Source: Tubulanus polymorphus
Lineage: Eukaryota; Animalia; Nemertea
DNA: 64,000 nt
NCBI RefSeq assembly: GCF_964204645.1
Contig: NC_134032.1
Coordinates: 2,414,416 to 2,478,415 of the forward strand
Direction of reading: 5' to 3'
Shown: positions 25,020 to 36,852 of the stretch, in pieces
How the letters are laid out: each line of letters begins with the position of its first letter
How positions within the stretch are numbered: position 1 is the first letter of the stretch
The notes under the pieces: generated by a model
The model's input: the letters and a program-made list of their open reading frames with translations, nothing else
Databases searched by the model: none
Told to the model about the DNA's origin: nothing
Made by a program: the position numbers and the translations under genes

Positions 25020-28000
25020 TTATCTAAACTTAGATAATAGCCAATCATACATGTCGCAAGCTTCGATCGAGGTTGAAGGAAATCTTCCAAAATTGCTTTG
25101 CGCGAGAATTCCATCACATAACGCGGAAAATTGTGGATCACACCCTCGAGTTCGATTTGGGATTTTGCAAAAATCCCGGCGTATTTGATCCAGTATTCCC
25201 GTATCAATGGCCACTTTGTAATCATCTGTTCCTAGAATACAAATTCAGATAAACATACTGGTCATTATACGAGAACCATAAGTACAATGACCATATCAAA
25301 GACAACAATGCTATAAATGCGTATGGTCCAGGGGTGGATTTAGAGGGACGGAAGCGGCGTACGCCCCGCCCGCCCCCTTATTATTGCCGAGATACGTTTT
25401 GAAAAAGACCCCAGGTGTGGATTTTGTCCTCATGCCTGAAAATCCTGTATTTCAGAATTTTGTAGGAGAACGGCCTCCAGACCCCCTCGGGGGATTTAGC
25501 CGGATGCCTCCCGCCTCCCTTATCCAAAATCCGGGATCCTACCCTAGTTTCCACATAATAATAAATTCCCTCACTAGAGATATATATTCAAACGTTTTAT
25601 GTAGGCAAATGATAAATGGTATAATTTGTGACATTATTTTAATATAACTCACCAAACACCTCTGGAGTGAAGTACAATAAATCAGGTTTACCACTCGGTA
25701 CTTCCATGTTACTCTGAGGACCAATTACATGTGTGTTCCATTCCCTTTGGAAGTCAAGCAAGTCGTTGGTGATCAAATAAAAAAAACAGTATCGTAGCGT
25801 GTCACTGAAAATGGTAATACTTGAAAATATATCCATATATCATATTAATGATACAACTAGGGGACCAGGGACACCACGCCCACTTGGAAAGTGGTTTGAA
25901 AAACAATCTGAAAATTTCAATATTCAATAGACCTAGTGAACATATCAAGAAAAGAATGACCTTGAAACTGACCACAATCATTCAAAATGTCGCAAGCTAC
26001 AATTTTGCAATTGATTGTGGTTACAAAATATGCCTAGGGACAAATACAATATGAAAATACTAAGTTAATCGGCTATTCAACGCCCCTGGTGACCATAATA
26101 CAAAAACCAATGACCTTGAAATTCGACACAATCATAGAATGAGTCCGGAAAACCATTTTCTATCTACAAATGAGGACTGTCGACACTAAGATGGCTGTCA
26201 ATTGCGTCACGCTTGACTGATCGAACAATTTGTTTAAGAGCCCTTCTCAAAATATACCCATCACCAATTTCAATGAAAAATGGCAAACCATTCAGGTCTC
26301 CGAATTCTGGTCAAAAATGAACTATTTGGGCATAAAAAAGGTCACAGGATGGCCATATTGTGTCCGATCGACCCAATTTTTCTTATGCTGATGCACCATA
26401 GGGGGATACAAACATATCTGAAAGATCAAGATTGAAGTGTCTTTAAAATTGCCCTTAAAAACTCCAAAAATGTGTAAGTGCGATTTTGGCGAACAAAAAT
26501 AGCCGCGAGTCGGCCATCTTGAATCTGACCGGGCCAGTTTTTGGGCTGAAGATGTGTTTAGGGGAGATACATGTATAAATCAAAGATCAAGACAATCCAT
26601 GCATTGAAGCTGGATTCCATCTACGGGTGAAAAGTGAACGCAATAGCCCGCTGGGACTAAAGTCCCAAGTGGGCTAAAAACAAACATTCAGTGATTAAGT
26701 CTTACATATGAATAGGATCAGCATTCGAAAACAAACCACGATCCGCCATGTCTTTGAACAGATTCATCCAATATTGGCCAAGTGAATGTCTCAGTGTTCG
26801 CCACCACCTCTCTATTCGCTGAAGGAAAATAACATTTTCTATTTATAGTTTGTGTGCGCACGTACCCTTTTTGGTGTTTTTGCTGATGTAAATAATGTAC
26901 ATATTTACAGGGAACTAATAAAATGACAAAACAAATCAAATAGGTATGCAAAAGCTTCAGGGGCGGATCCAGGGCATATATGGAGTGGTAGCACCTGATG
27001 AAAGGGTGTCGTCGACTCTGGCCGTCCGAGTGGCGACTATCAATTGATCAGATCTAACTCATGAATTTCCATATCACTAACTGAATATATTTTACTAAAA
27101 CTATAAGGTTATGATTATATACGCATGCGCAGAGGAAAGAGAGACGTGGGTGATGCCTGGAAATAGTCGTTTATCTAAAGAGAGTCGAATTACCGTAATG
27201 CCTGAATGAAAGTGTACTGATAAGAGCGGTTCAAACTATAAACTAGAGAAAGAATGGTGTCAAACTGAATGGCGTCACCGACATCCTCCCCCGCCGGAAG
27301 ATAGGTACAAGATATGAAATAGTCGCAGCGTAGTTCTAGTGTCTTTTTATAATATCCGCATATGCAATTTGTAGTTGAACAATTAAAGTTCCAGGTGTAA
27401 ACGCGTAAACAGTTACTGGCGTGATTAAAATTACTAATGTTTATATCATCCGGTGATATGAGTTATCCACGGTTGTAGGTCACTGTGTTCCATTCCATAG
27501 GTCATGGCTGCGCGCGTTGAAATAATCCACGAATATGTAATCACCGATACACTTTGATTTCATTTGAACATGTAACATATAACAAACTATTTAATCTAAT
27601 ACTAATCTACGCTAAACTAAAATATATGCGAGATTGAACGAGATGCACACAATTTTCAACATAAGAATTTTTATGTAAACTTAAACACGTTCGAATGTAA
27701 ATTCCCAACTAAGTCGAATCCGAATCATGATCACTATCAGTCGCCAGTTGAGCAATCTTAGCTCGAGCTTTGTGTGCTGCTTCACGACAGGGTCTTTTTA
27801 ATGGTTTGGGTTTGTCAGATGCTGATTTGTTTTGTTTCACAATCACATCTACACTAAATTCAAGTGGATATAATTTTGACACTGCTCGACAAGTTGTTCC
27901 GTTGATGGTTTTGACCCTAGCCGCGCGGATACCGCCGTCACTACTTTCGAGGGTTTCGGTAATAATTCCGAGTTTCCATTTGTGACGAGGAGTGTCTTTG

Positions 28001-31000
28001 TCGTTAATCACTACCACATCTCCGTTTTTTATTGTGGCCTTTTTGTGATGTCGCTTTTTAATTTCAGTTCTATGTCGTTCGCGGAGTACCGCTAGGTACT
28101 CAGATTTAAAGCGGTTTTGAAAATCAGTAATGAGCTTGGCTCTATAAAAGGCCATCTTTTGCAACGTTATGCTCGTGTTGTTCAAATAATCCGCATCAAA
28201 TATTTCAGATTCCCCGATTTCTTCGTTAGGTATCAACTCGACGTCACGTCCATAGATTAACGAATTAGGAGTGACTGGTTTTAGCTCGTCAATTTTTTCT
28301 TCGACGTAAGTTAGGGGCCTATTATTTACTATAGCCTGAATTTCTTTAACAAGCGTTTGTAATTCTTCAATTGTAACGAGAGCATTCTTAAGCGTTTTCT
28401 TGACAGCTCGTTTTATCGTACCTACGCACCGCTCGTGAACTCCCGCCATCCAAGGGGCTTGGACTGGAGCATACTTGAAGGCAACACGCTTTTCAGCAAA
28501 ATGGTTTTGTGATTGAGACGAATTTGCGATTTCAAATAAACGCTTTATTTCAGCCTCCCCCGCGACGAAGGTTTTCGCATTATCGCTGTAGAGTATATTT
28601 GGAGTCGAATAGGCCGTACAAAAACGTCGAAACGAGCGTATGTATGAATCTACGGACAGGTCGTTAACCACTTCTAAATGCACCGCACGGGTTGTACAAC
28701 ACGTGTACAAACATATGTAACATTTACCTACCTCTGTCACCCCTTTCCGGACATTCAAATGGCCAGTGAAATCCACGGCAGTGGCGGAGAAAGGCCTGAA
28801 ATTGGTCAACCTGAAGTCCGGAAGAGGTGGGGGGTCAGGGGCGGTATAGGGCTTACCGTACAGCTTTTTGCATGTTACGCATCGATGGAGAACTTTCTTG
28901 GCAACGAATCTGACCGCCGAGATCCAATATCGCTTCCGAACATCGCATATTGTCATACCAACACCGTAGTGTAGGACATTTTCGTGAGATTGGCGTATGA
29001 TGAGCGTAGCTAGGTATGAGTTGTGTGAAATGAGAAGAGGGTTTACCTGTTTCGCATTCTTAAGTCGACCTACACAACGAAGGTAACCACCATGTTTGTC
29101 TTTTTCGATACCTAACTGCCTAACAAGAGCAGGGCACTTACCTTTGTTTGTTTCGATGTATCTGAAAACATCAGGGTATGTTCTACGTTGGTGGCTAAGT
29201 ATCAGTGTCATTTCAGCTGAGTACATGTCAGCAGCAGACAATTGACATCGTTTGTGTGTTAGCCCTTTTTTAAAGGCTCGCTTGACCAACGCTATAACCT
29301 TTATGAGCTTGGTCCAATCAGTGAATTCGTTGACATCAATAATGTTGTGAATACCTTGTTTGTCGGAATCTTGCGTTTCTCGAGTGATGAATTCATTTTC
29401 GTATTCTGTTGCTGCTGCGAGGATTGTGACCCCGATATCCTCATTAGCAACGGGAGGGGCCAAAGAGGCTAGCATCCACTGAGGGCCTGTGAACCACATA
29501 GATCTTCTAAGATTGTCAAAGGACATGCCTCTAGAAATGATGTCAGCCGGATTGTGTTCTGAAGCCACATGCGTCCAGCGATCCACAAGGCTCCCATTCT
29601 TGATCTTTTCGACTCGATTCTTTACAAATTGGGTCAAATCCTTGTTTGATTTCAGCCAACACAGAGCTATAGTTGAATCGGTAAAATATCTTACCTCAAT
29701 TGTTTTGAATTGTGATGAATATGCGTCTATGACTGTGTTTACATATTTGACAGCCATAGTCATCGCTTCGAGCTCCAACTTTGGAACAGTCCATCCGGAT
29801 TTGTTTTTGGACACGACTTTGTTTTTAGAACCTATAATCTGTACATTTCCACCTTGTTTTGCATAAACCACACAGCCGATGGCTACATTCGGAGCAGCAT
29901 CGGAGAATACCATGAAATGTACCTTCTGATTGGTGTCCATACCAAGCCAACGCGGCACTATGATTTCATTCGTCTGTCGTAAATTTGACCTAATGACATC
30001 CCACTCACCCGTTTCTTCTGTTGATAACCTGTCATCCCAGTCTTTTCCAGTCAGCCACAGTTTGTTGATAAATATCTTAGCTAATACGATAACTGGGCCA
30101 GCTAAGCCAAGTGGGTCATAAACCGAGGCTGTTTGCGAAACTACAGACCGTTTAGTATTTGTTGTTGTTGTAACCAACTGAGCCTGAGATAACGAAATGA
30201 GGTCAGTTCTAGTATTCCAGCTCATTCCTAGAACTGACACCTCTTCTGTGGGGTACTGAATTTCATCGATTTTCGCTGCATCGCTTACCTGTTTCGAGTT
30301 CGAGGCCCACTGACGTAAGTGGAAACCTGCGTCGTTGAGAATTTTGTTCGATGATTGATAATATGACAGAGCATCGACCTCTGACATCACACTCGTGAGT
30401 AGATTATCAACGTAAAATCTGTTGATCATATCCGCTGCGATCCAAGAATCGCTCAGTTGCAAATGCTTATTCAACACTGCCGCTAGCATGAACGGGCTAG
30501 CAGTAGAACCGAAAATAACGGTATTGTGTTGGTAAGGAACGATCGGATTGTTTGGGTTATTGTCCTTGTACCAGAGAAATCGTACATACCTCCTGTCGCC
30601 TTCCTGTAGTTTCACTGATAGAAATGCCTTAGCTATGTCTGCCGACAAACCAATTCTACCAATTCTGAATTTCATTATGAGGGTAGGTAGATCAATGAGC
30701 ATATTTGGACCCTCATACAGACAGTCGTTTAATGATGGGGAGCCTGCGTTAGCCGCAAAGACGATCCGTAAAGGGGTTGTGTTACTCTCCTTTAGTACAG
30801 GGAAATGTGGCAAGTAGTAACAATCCCCTTCCTTGACAGAATCAGGGTTTGGTAATTCAGATACTGTACCTCGGTTGCGATGTTCTTCCATTACTTTTAT
30901 GTACTGGTCAAGTTGATTGGTTCTTTGGAGACGATTGGTGATCTGAAACAATCTAGCCCGGCATTGTTCCAGATCGGTACCCAGCTCATCATGTTCATGT

Positions 31001-34000
31001 TTCCATGGGAGTGGGGCCCAGTAACACCCATGTTTATACTCTATCTTACCTTGATACTGCGTTATGAAACTTTCTCGATCGAAAGTGTTATCCCCGGGAA
31101 ACTCAGCTATGTTTTGGTGTAGATAGTCTCCTATGCTTTGGTCATCCAACAGTTCCCGATTGTTAATTGATGAGTCTGTAAGGGTACTTACCGTGTATGC
31201 ATTTGTACTAGACCTATTTGTATCAATAGGGGTTAACAACCTGTGTAAGGGCCCGAAAACGAAACTACCGAGATTCGTGTGTTGTAACTGGGGACCGTCC
31301 GGTACGTCCTCCAGATTGTTCTTTAAGAATAGATGATGATGGGCAGTACCGATTAATAAATCGACCACGAATACCTCGGATTTGAAGTTATCTGCGAGGT
31401 TTGCATTTGAGATTTGTTCGTACTTTAGACAATCAGCCCAACCGTGTCGATAGATGGGACGAATTATCTCATCAGTGACAGCTACGTCGATGAATTTAAC
31501 GCCATCAGATGTTCTAATGCCTATGGGTGCCATATCAAATACGCGCTTCGTAGAATGGCCACCGAAACCATTTACCTTTTTCGATAGTTGGTACGACGGT
31601 ACCAATTTGAGAGCTTTGGCAACAGCGGAGCGAATGTATGACATAGAGGAACAATTGTCGAGCAGGGTATTGGCTTCCAAAGTGTGATTGTGATATTCAA
31701 TACTCACCTGCCCCGTTTGCAGCAACACAACCTCATTTTGATAATCATGATTTTGATTACTGACCATGTTGGTAGTATCCAATGCGTATTTTCCGAAATC
31801 GATACTGAAATTCATATCCTCGCATGATTTGACATTATTTATATCCGATGTTTGAACGATTTTATCCAGCGCATGACCTTGGTTGACGAATGTACATCCG
31901 GAGACGGTTTGTTGATGTTGATCTCGGTGAATTGACGTGTGATGTGTCTTCTTGCATATTTTACAGCGATTGCGGTTTTGACAGTCCTTTGCTTGATGAT
32001 TTGGTTTGAGACAGTTTCGACATAATCGTCTTTCGATTACCCTTTGAAGACGTTCTTCGATTGGTAGTTGACAGTTTGTTGGGTAGTGTTCACCGTCACA
32101 AAATGTGCATTTCAACTGTGTCTGTTTAGTGACGGATACCAATGATGTCGCAGTACCGGATCTCGAATTTCGATACTGATGTTGGTACTGTAGAGATTTT
32201 TCACTTACATTTTCACCCAGATTGTCGAGACACTCTTCGTATGTGTTAATGAATTTATCCAGATCAAAGTTATCTTTTTGACCGCATGTGCCCATTTTTT
32301 CTAATAGATTACGCGGTAGTTTTTTCTCTAACGATGTTATGATGAATGGTGCACACGCGTTAACGTCAACGCCCAGATGTTTTAATGATCTTACATTCGC
32401 GTTGATCTTATTTAGAAATTGTGACAGTCCTGAATAGTTCGAAGTTGTTGATGGAATATCATAGATTTCCTGAATATGCGCTCGAACAATTTTTCGATTT
32501 TGTCCGAAACGATCTTTCAGAATTGATGTCAATGTCTCGAGATTCGAGCCGGATGCGAATAGTCCCTTAACTGCTTCGAGGGCGCTTCCCCGAAGCTGAC
32601 CGACGATATAGTTGAATTTTGTTATATCGCTGAATTTTCCTGCGATGACGTCGCATTCAATCGTTTCCCAGAACGCTGTCCACTGGGTGTAAGTTCCGTC
32701 GAATACAGGCAGTTTCAATTTAGGTAATCTCGCCGTAAATTGATGATGATCATTGTCGTCTGTTACCCGGACAGTTGATGTTTCGGGTTGTTTAGACTTC
32801 GTGTGGTTTTCAATATATCGTTTGGTTTTCAGAAGTTTAACTCGTTCTTCTGATCGTCTTGCGTTTGATGTTTTCGTTTCGTTTTTATAGTCGTCGTCGT
32901 CGTTTCTAATCATCTCTTGGATTTGATTAGAAACGTTTTCCCGTGTTTCGTGTGCGTCTTGTAATTCTTCCAGGCGAGCTTCGAGCTCAGTCCCCTGGTC
33001 TTCGGTTACCGTTGTTTGCTGCATTATTTGCAGAATAACAGAGTATTCCGCATCAAATGCGTCGATGGTTGATTCTCTTTTTCTGATGAGTTGTTCGATC
33101 TTCGTCATGATGAATTGAATTTTCTTAACTTTTGACTTCGTTTGAGTTAGTTGACTTTTTTATCCATTAATGCATTGCGTTGTGTATTGATGATGATGAT
33201 TAGTATCCTGGTCACGGCACCAATGTCGTCGACTCTGGCCGTCCGAGTGGCGACTATCAATTGATCAGATCTAACTCATGAATTTCCATATCACTAACTG
33301 AATATATTTTACTAAAACTATAAGGTTATGATTATATACGCATGCGCAGAGGAAAGAGAGACGTGGGTGATGCCTGGAAATAGTCGTTTATCTAAAGAGA
33401 GTCGAATTACCGTAATGCCTGAATGAAAGTGTACTGATAAGAGCGGTTCAAACTATAAACTAGAGAAAGAATGGTGTCAAACTGAATGGCGTCACCGACA
33501 AAGGGCGATAATTATTGCAAAGAGGCAATATCCACTGGTAGTGAGCGCCGAAGACGCGAAGCCAAAGGGGGTTTCCTCCCTCTGAAAATAAGCCCCTGCA
33601 GATGCAATTTCAAGCATTTGAGCTTCTTTCAAACAAAGAAAAACATATTAGGGGACATATTAGGCCATTGGACGTCCTCAGGTGGTACCGAATTTATGAT
33701 GGGAAAGGTTTTTGGGGCCCAACTAAAAGTCAAGCGGGTAGCACGTGCCCCAGGTGCTACCTCATGGATCCGCGCCTGAGCTTTGGTTATAAATTTATTT
33801 TAGCTAGCAGTGTTTTTAAGGTTGGTTATTACGGATACATGTCAACAATTAAATATATGTAATCAGAAAGTGATGATTGAAACTTTTTCATTGTAAAAGA
33901 GTGAAATTTTTATCGTCAACGAACCTGATTACTAGTAGATCTTCCGATTACTACACTGGCTTCATTTGTATGGTCCGTAAGGAAAGCTTCTTGAATGGAT

Positions 34001-34397
34001 GCCAAAATACCATTTTCGGTCCCCGCATCAATCCTGACGCAACGAGGTACAGCTAAAAAAAATCAAATAATAAAAAAAACATGAATACCCAATTGTTCTT
34101 GACATGTATATATGGCATTGCATTGTAATAGTGAAGTCATTGTATTTCTCAAAGCAGTCGTTGTAAGGCAATAACAATTTAATATTTTTCATGCATTATT
34201 TCGATTAGAGTATCGAAAATATTGGAAAATTGAGATTATATTTTCAGGTTTGTTGCATAATGACAAAATACCTACCTTTTATTTGCTCTATAAAATCGAC
34301 AAAATACCAGCCAATAACAGCAGGGTCATTATTTGTATTGCTTACGTTGAGCCAAAGAATCCTCCTAGAATAACTATACATTGGAGCAATACCTAAG

Positions 34398-34455
<58 letters not shown>

Positions 34456-35460
34456 CAGATCAAATGATAGAACAATCCAGGCCAGCATATGGAAAAACAA
34501 CCGATTACCTACCCATCTATGGCTCCATGTATAGCAAAGCCATACGGCTTAAGCTTATCATGCCCATCAACATGTATCAAATAATTAGGACCTTTGGCTG
34601 AATAATTACGGCGACGGAGGATACCACTAGCTCTTTCCCTGACTCCTTCTGGATCAATCAAGCGCTGGACACCCGAAACAACTGTCCTGAAAATAATTCA
34701 TCAATGCTGGGTTAAAATATAGGTTAACAGTCGATGTATCACTCCTGATAATTACGGACCATCATCGTACCTAGGAACACGAATTCCATAGCGATTCCTC
34801 AATCGACTAATCATGGCTCTGTAGCCCAAACAGCTACCACTGCCACGTACCTCTTCCTATAATTAAAGAAACCTATATTACTGGCAGTAATTAACTTGTC
34901 AGAATGATATCTGAATCTCCATTCATACATTCTTGATATTACGATGACACATTTTGATATTAATGAAACACTAGAAATTAAATATGGATAGGTCTCACCG
35001 TATAATTACCTCTACTACACTGACAACTTCATGTAATTGATAGTTACATCTCCTTTTTAATCCCAGTTTGTTGAGTCGCCGTTTTAATGTACGCTCACTG
35101 CAAAGAGAGCAAGGTTTTGAGAACGATTCTGCGAATATTTTAGCAAAAATGCATAACTAAGCCTAATCGATCTCTCAGCATGTAACATTTATTTAGGGGC
35201 TACATAACCTCTTACCTCATTGCCAATCCAAAATAAGTCTCGAGTGAGTGGCAAATTTCCTTATTAGTAAATCCGTCGTTGAACAATTGTGTGATGATAT
35301 TGTCCTCTATAAAGAAATATAACCAGTTGTCAGAGTGGATTAGAATACCAAGAATTAATATTTTGATGAAATTTCGAAATATCAGTATTGACAATCAGAC
35401 AATTTCCATACCTGAGCTGACATCATCATCCTGTCCTTCTTCTTGTAGAAAACACGACAT
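25020..35460 (-). CDS. DDE integrase-core transposase with N-terminal HTH (Clr5-like) region, 10 exons, 396 aa
   Basis: Exons 35460-35412, 35306-35216, 35097-35010, 34856-34771, 34686-34513, 34373-34276, 34052-33925, 26818-26706, 25804-25653, 25231-25020. GT-AG with matching phases; 1191 nt with no internal stop. Motifs SERTLKRRL, LGYRAM, GPNYLIHVDGHDKLKPYGFAIHGAIDGYSR, PRCVRIDAGTEN, SNQRIERWW (D...D-36-E), WNTH. Confidence 0.88.
25328..25545. mobile_element. Small CAGGGG-ended MITE in transposase intron 9
   Basis: CAGGGGTGGATTT ... GGATCCTACCCTAG degenerate TIRs, similar to the 26958 family ends. Confidence 0.45.
25855..26680 (-). mobile_element. Helentron-associated non-autonomous element (HINE/DINE-like) in transposase intron 8
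   Basis: 5' TTTTTAGCCCACTTGGGACT..AGTCCCAGCGGGCTA stem. 3' subterminal IR CAAGTGGGC, then a short GC-rich palindrome-like segment and CTAGTT. Confidence 0.65.
27709..33108 (-). CDS. BEL/Pao gag-pol polyprotein, 1799 aa
   Basis: DUF1759-type gag, three Cys/His knuckles, protease LLDNCS, RT with YVDN, RNase H FSDA, integrase HHCC + DFTG/SDNA/ERC. Confidence 0.97.
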   Translation of the reverse strand: MTKIEQLIRKRESTIDAFDAEYSVILQIMQQTTVTEDQGTELEARLEELQDAHETRENVSNQIQEMIRNDDDDYKNETKTSNARRSEERVKLLKTKRYIENHTKSKQPETSTVRVTDDNDHHQFTARLPKLKLPVFDGTYTQWTAFWETIECDVIAGKFSDITKFNYIVGQLRGSALEAVKGLFASGSNLETLTSILKDRFGQNRKIVRAHIQEIYDIPSTTSNYSGLSQFLNKINANVRSLKHLGVDVNACAPFIITSLEKKLPRNLLEKMGTCGQKDNFDLDKFINTYEECLDNLGENVSEKSLQYQHQYRNSRSGTATSLVSVTKQTQLKCTFCDGEHYPTNCQLPIEERLQRVIERRLCRNCLKPNHQAKDCQNRNRCKICKKTHHTSIHRDQHQQTVSGCTFVNQGHALDKIVQTSDINNVKSCEDMNFSIDFGKYALDTTNMVSNQNHDYQNEVVLLQTGQVSIEYHNHTLEANTLLDNCSSMSYIRSAVAKALKLVPSYQLSKKVNGFGGHSTKRVFDMAPIGIRTSDGVKFIDVAVTDEIIRPIYRHGWADCLKYEQISNANLADNFKSEVFVVDLLIGTAHHHLFLKNNLEDVPDGPQLQHTNLGSFVFGPLHRLLTPIDTNRSSTNAYTVSTLTDSSINNRELLDDQSIGDYLHQNIAEFPGDNTFDRESFITQYQGKIEYKHGCYWAPLPWKHEHDELGTDLEQCRARLFQITNRLQRTNQLDQYIKVMEEHRNRGTVSELPNPDSVKEGDCYYLPHFPVLKESNTTPLRIVFAANAGSPSLNDCLYEGPNMLIDLPTLIMKFRIGRIGLSADIAKAFLSVKLQEGDRRYVRFLWYKDNNPNNPIVPYQHNTVIFGSTASPFMLAAVLNKHLQLSDSWIAADMINRFYVDNLLTSVMSEVDALSYYQSSNKILNDAGFHLRQWASNSKQVSDAAKIDEIQYPTEEVSVLGMSWNTRTDLISLSQAQLVTTTTNTKRSVVSQTASVYDPLGLAGPVIVLAKIFINKLWLTGKDWDDRLSTEETGEWDVIRSNLRQTNEIIVPRWLGMDTNQKVHFMVFSDAAPNVAIGCVVYAKQGGNVQIIGSKNKVVSKNKSGWTVPKLELEAMTMAVKYVNTVIDAYSSQFKTIEVRYFTDSTIALCWLKSNKDLTQFVKNRVEKIKNGSLVDRWTHVASEHNPADIISRGMSFDNLRRSMWFTGPQWMLASLAPPVANEDIGVTILAAATEYENEFITRETQDSDKQGIHNIIDVNEFTDWTKLIKVIALVKRAFKKGLTHKRCQLSAADMYSAEMTLILSHQRRTYPDVFRYIETNKGKCPALVRQLGIEKDKHGGYLRCVGRLKNAKQVNPLLISHNSYLATLIIRQSHENVLHYGVGMTICDVRKRYWISAVRFVAKKVLHRCVTCKKLYGKPYTAPDPPPLPDFRLTNFRPFSATAVDFTGHLNVRKGVTEVGKCYICLYTCCTTRAVHLEVVNDLSVDSYIRSFRRFCTAYSTPNILYSDNAKTFVAGEAEIKRLFEIANSSQSQNHFAEKRVAFKYAPVQAPWMAGVHERCVGTIKRAVKKTLKNALVTIEELQTLVKEIQAIVNNRPLTYVEEKIDELKPVTPNSLIYGRDVELIPNEEIGESEIFDADYLNNTSITLQKMAFYRAKLITDFQNRFKSEYLAVLRERHRTEIKKRHHKKATIKNGDVVVINDKDTPRHKWKLGIITETLESSDGGIRAARVKTINGTTCRAVSKLYPLEFSVDVIVKQNKSASDKPKPLKRPCREAAHKARAKIAQLATDSDHDSDST
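33205..33222 (-). promoter_or_regulatory. Primer-binding site complementary to the tRNA-His 3' end
   Basis: TGGTGCCGTGACCAGGAT lies one base inside the 5' LTR boundary. Confidence 0.85.
34402..34452. repeat. (CA)n microsatellite in transposase intron 5
   Basis: Direct reading. Confidence 0.95.
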
Positions 35461-35904
35461 GATCTACCGCGCGAGGGGTTTATTTGTGGGATTTGGGAGG
35501 CCGTAGCGGCGTAGGAACCCTTATAGCGCGTCGTCAATATCACACGTATCAATGGGGCAGTCAGACGTTCAACTGAACTGACCTTATTGTATTGTATTAA
35601 AACTACACGCGCATGCCCTACTCTCTTCTCAACCGTGAATATAACCACTATTCTTGACGCACTGGCTACCGCATCAAAACGTCAATTTTTACAAATATTT
35701 AAGTTGAATTTGTTTACTTTTAAGTGAAGGCAGTGCTACTGGCTTTCGTAAAAAATCAGAAAATCACCGATAAAGGAAATTTTATTGCGTATAAACGTAA
35801 CTCTGAAAATTAATTAGAAAATAATTGGTATAATAATACAACGTTTTGAGGCCGTAATTAGTATCACGAGATGAACCCTGGCGCCACCATCCGACCAAAA
35901 TTAC

Positions 35905-36852
35905 CGCGCATGAACGAAGAAACGAAGTTCGTTTTTGCGCGGCGCAAAAACGAGAAATCACCGCGCTAAAACGCGCCAAAACGGGCGCTAAAACGAACGT
36001 TCGTTTCTGCGCTCGTTTTGGCGCGTTTTTGCGCGGTAAATTTCGTTTTTGCGATGGCGCAAAAACGGACGCAGAAACGAACTTCGTTTTTGCGGGGCGC
36101 AAAAACGAGAAATCACCGCGCTAAAACGCGCCAAAACGGGCGCTAAAACGAAAGTTCGTTTCTGCGTTCGTTTTAGCGCGTTTCTGCGCGGTAAATTTCG
36201 TTTTTGTGCCGCGCAAAAACGGACGCAGAAACGAAGTTCGTTTTTGCGCGGCGCAAAAACGAGAAATCACCGCGCAGAAACGCGCCAAAACGGGCGCTAA
36301 AAAGAACGTTCGTTTCTGCGCTCGTTTTGGCGCGTTTCTGCGCGGTAAATTTCGTTTTTGCGCCGCGCAAAAACGGACGCAGAAACGAACTTCGTTTTTG
36401 CGGGGCGCAAAAACGAGAAATCACCGCGCTAAAACGCGCCAAAAGGGGCGTCAAAACGAAGGTTCGTTTCTGCGCTCGTTTTGGCGCGTTTCTGCGCGGT
36501 AAATTTCGTTTTGGCGCCCCGCAAAAACGGACGCAGAAACGAAGTTCGTTTTTGCGGGGCGCAAAAACGAGAAATCACCGCGCTAAAACGCGCCAAAACG
36601 GGCGCTAAAACGAAGGTTCGTTTCTGCGCTCGTTTTGGCGCGTTTCTGCGCGGTAAATTTCGTTTTTGCGCGGCGCAAAAACGGACGCAGAAACGAACTT
36701 CGTTTTTGCGCGGCGCAAAAACGAGAAATCACCGCGCAGAAACGCGCCAAAACGGGCGCTAAAACGAAATTTCGTTTCTGCGCTCGTTTTGGCGCGTTTT
36801 AGCGCGGTAAATTTCGTTTTTGCACCGCGCAGAAACGTACGCAGAAACGAAG
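35905..36852 (-). repeat. Right subterminal array, ~6 x 154-bp unit, inverted relative to the left array
   Basis: Reverse complement of 16640-17590, including unit-specific variants at mirrored distances. Confidence 0.95.

Larger units (their letters stand above)
27007..33500 (-). mobile_element. Full-length BEL/Pao LTR retrotransposon
   Basis: Identical 277-bp TG..CA LTRs (27007-27283, 33224-33500). 5-bp TSD AAGGG, tRNA-His PBS, PPT at 27284-27297, single intact ORF. Confidence 0.97.
26958..33778. mobile_element. hAT-like MITE (~320 bp net) interrupted by the BEL element
   Basis: TIRs CAGGGGCGGATCCA..GGTAGCACCTG / CAGGTGCTACC..TGGATCCGCGCCTG. AGCTT is duplicated at 26953-26957 and 33779-33783. 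Confidence 0.7.

Noticed and set aside
27770-31687. Plus-strand ORFs within the BEL element
   Set aside because: Antisense shadows of the long gag-pol frame.
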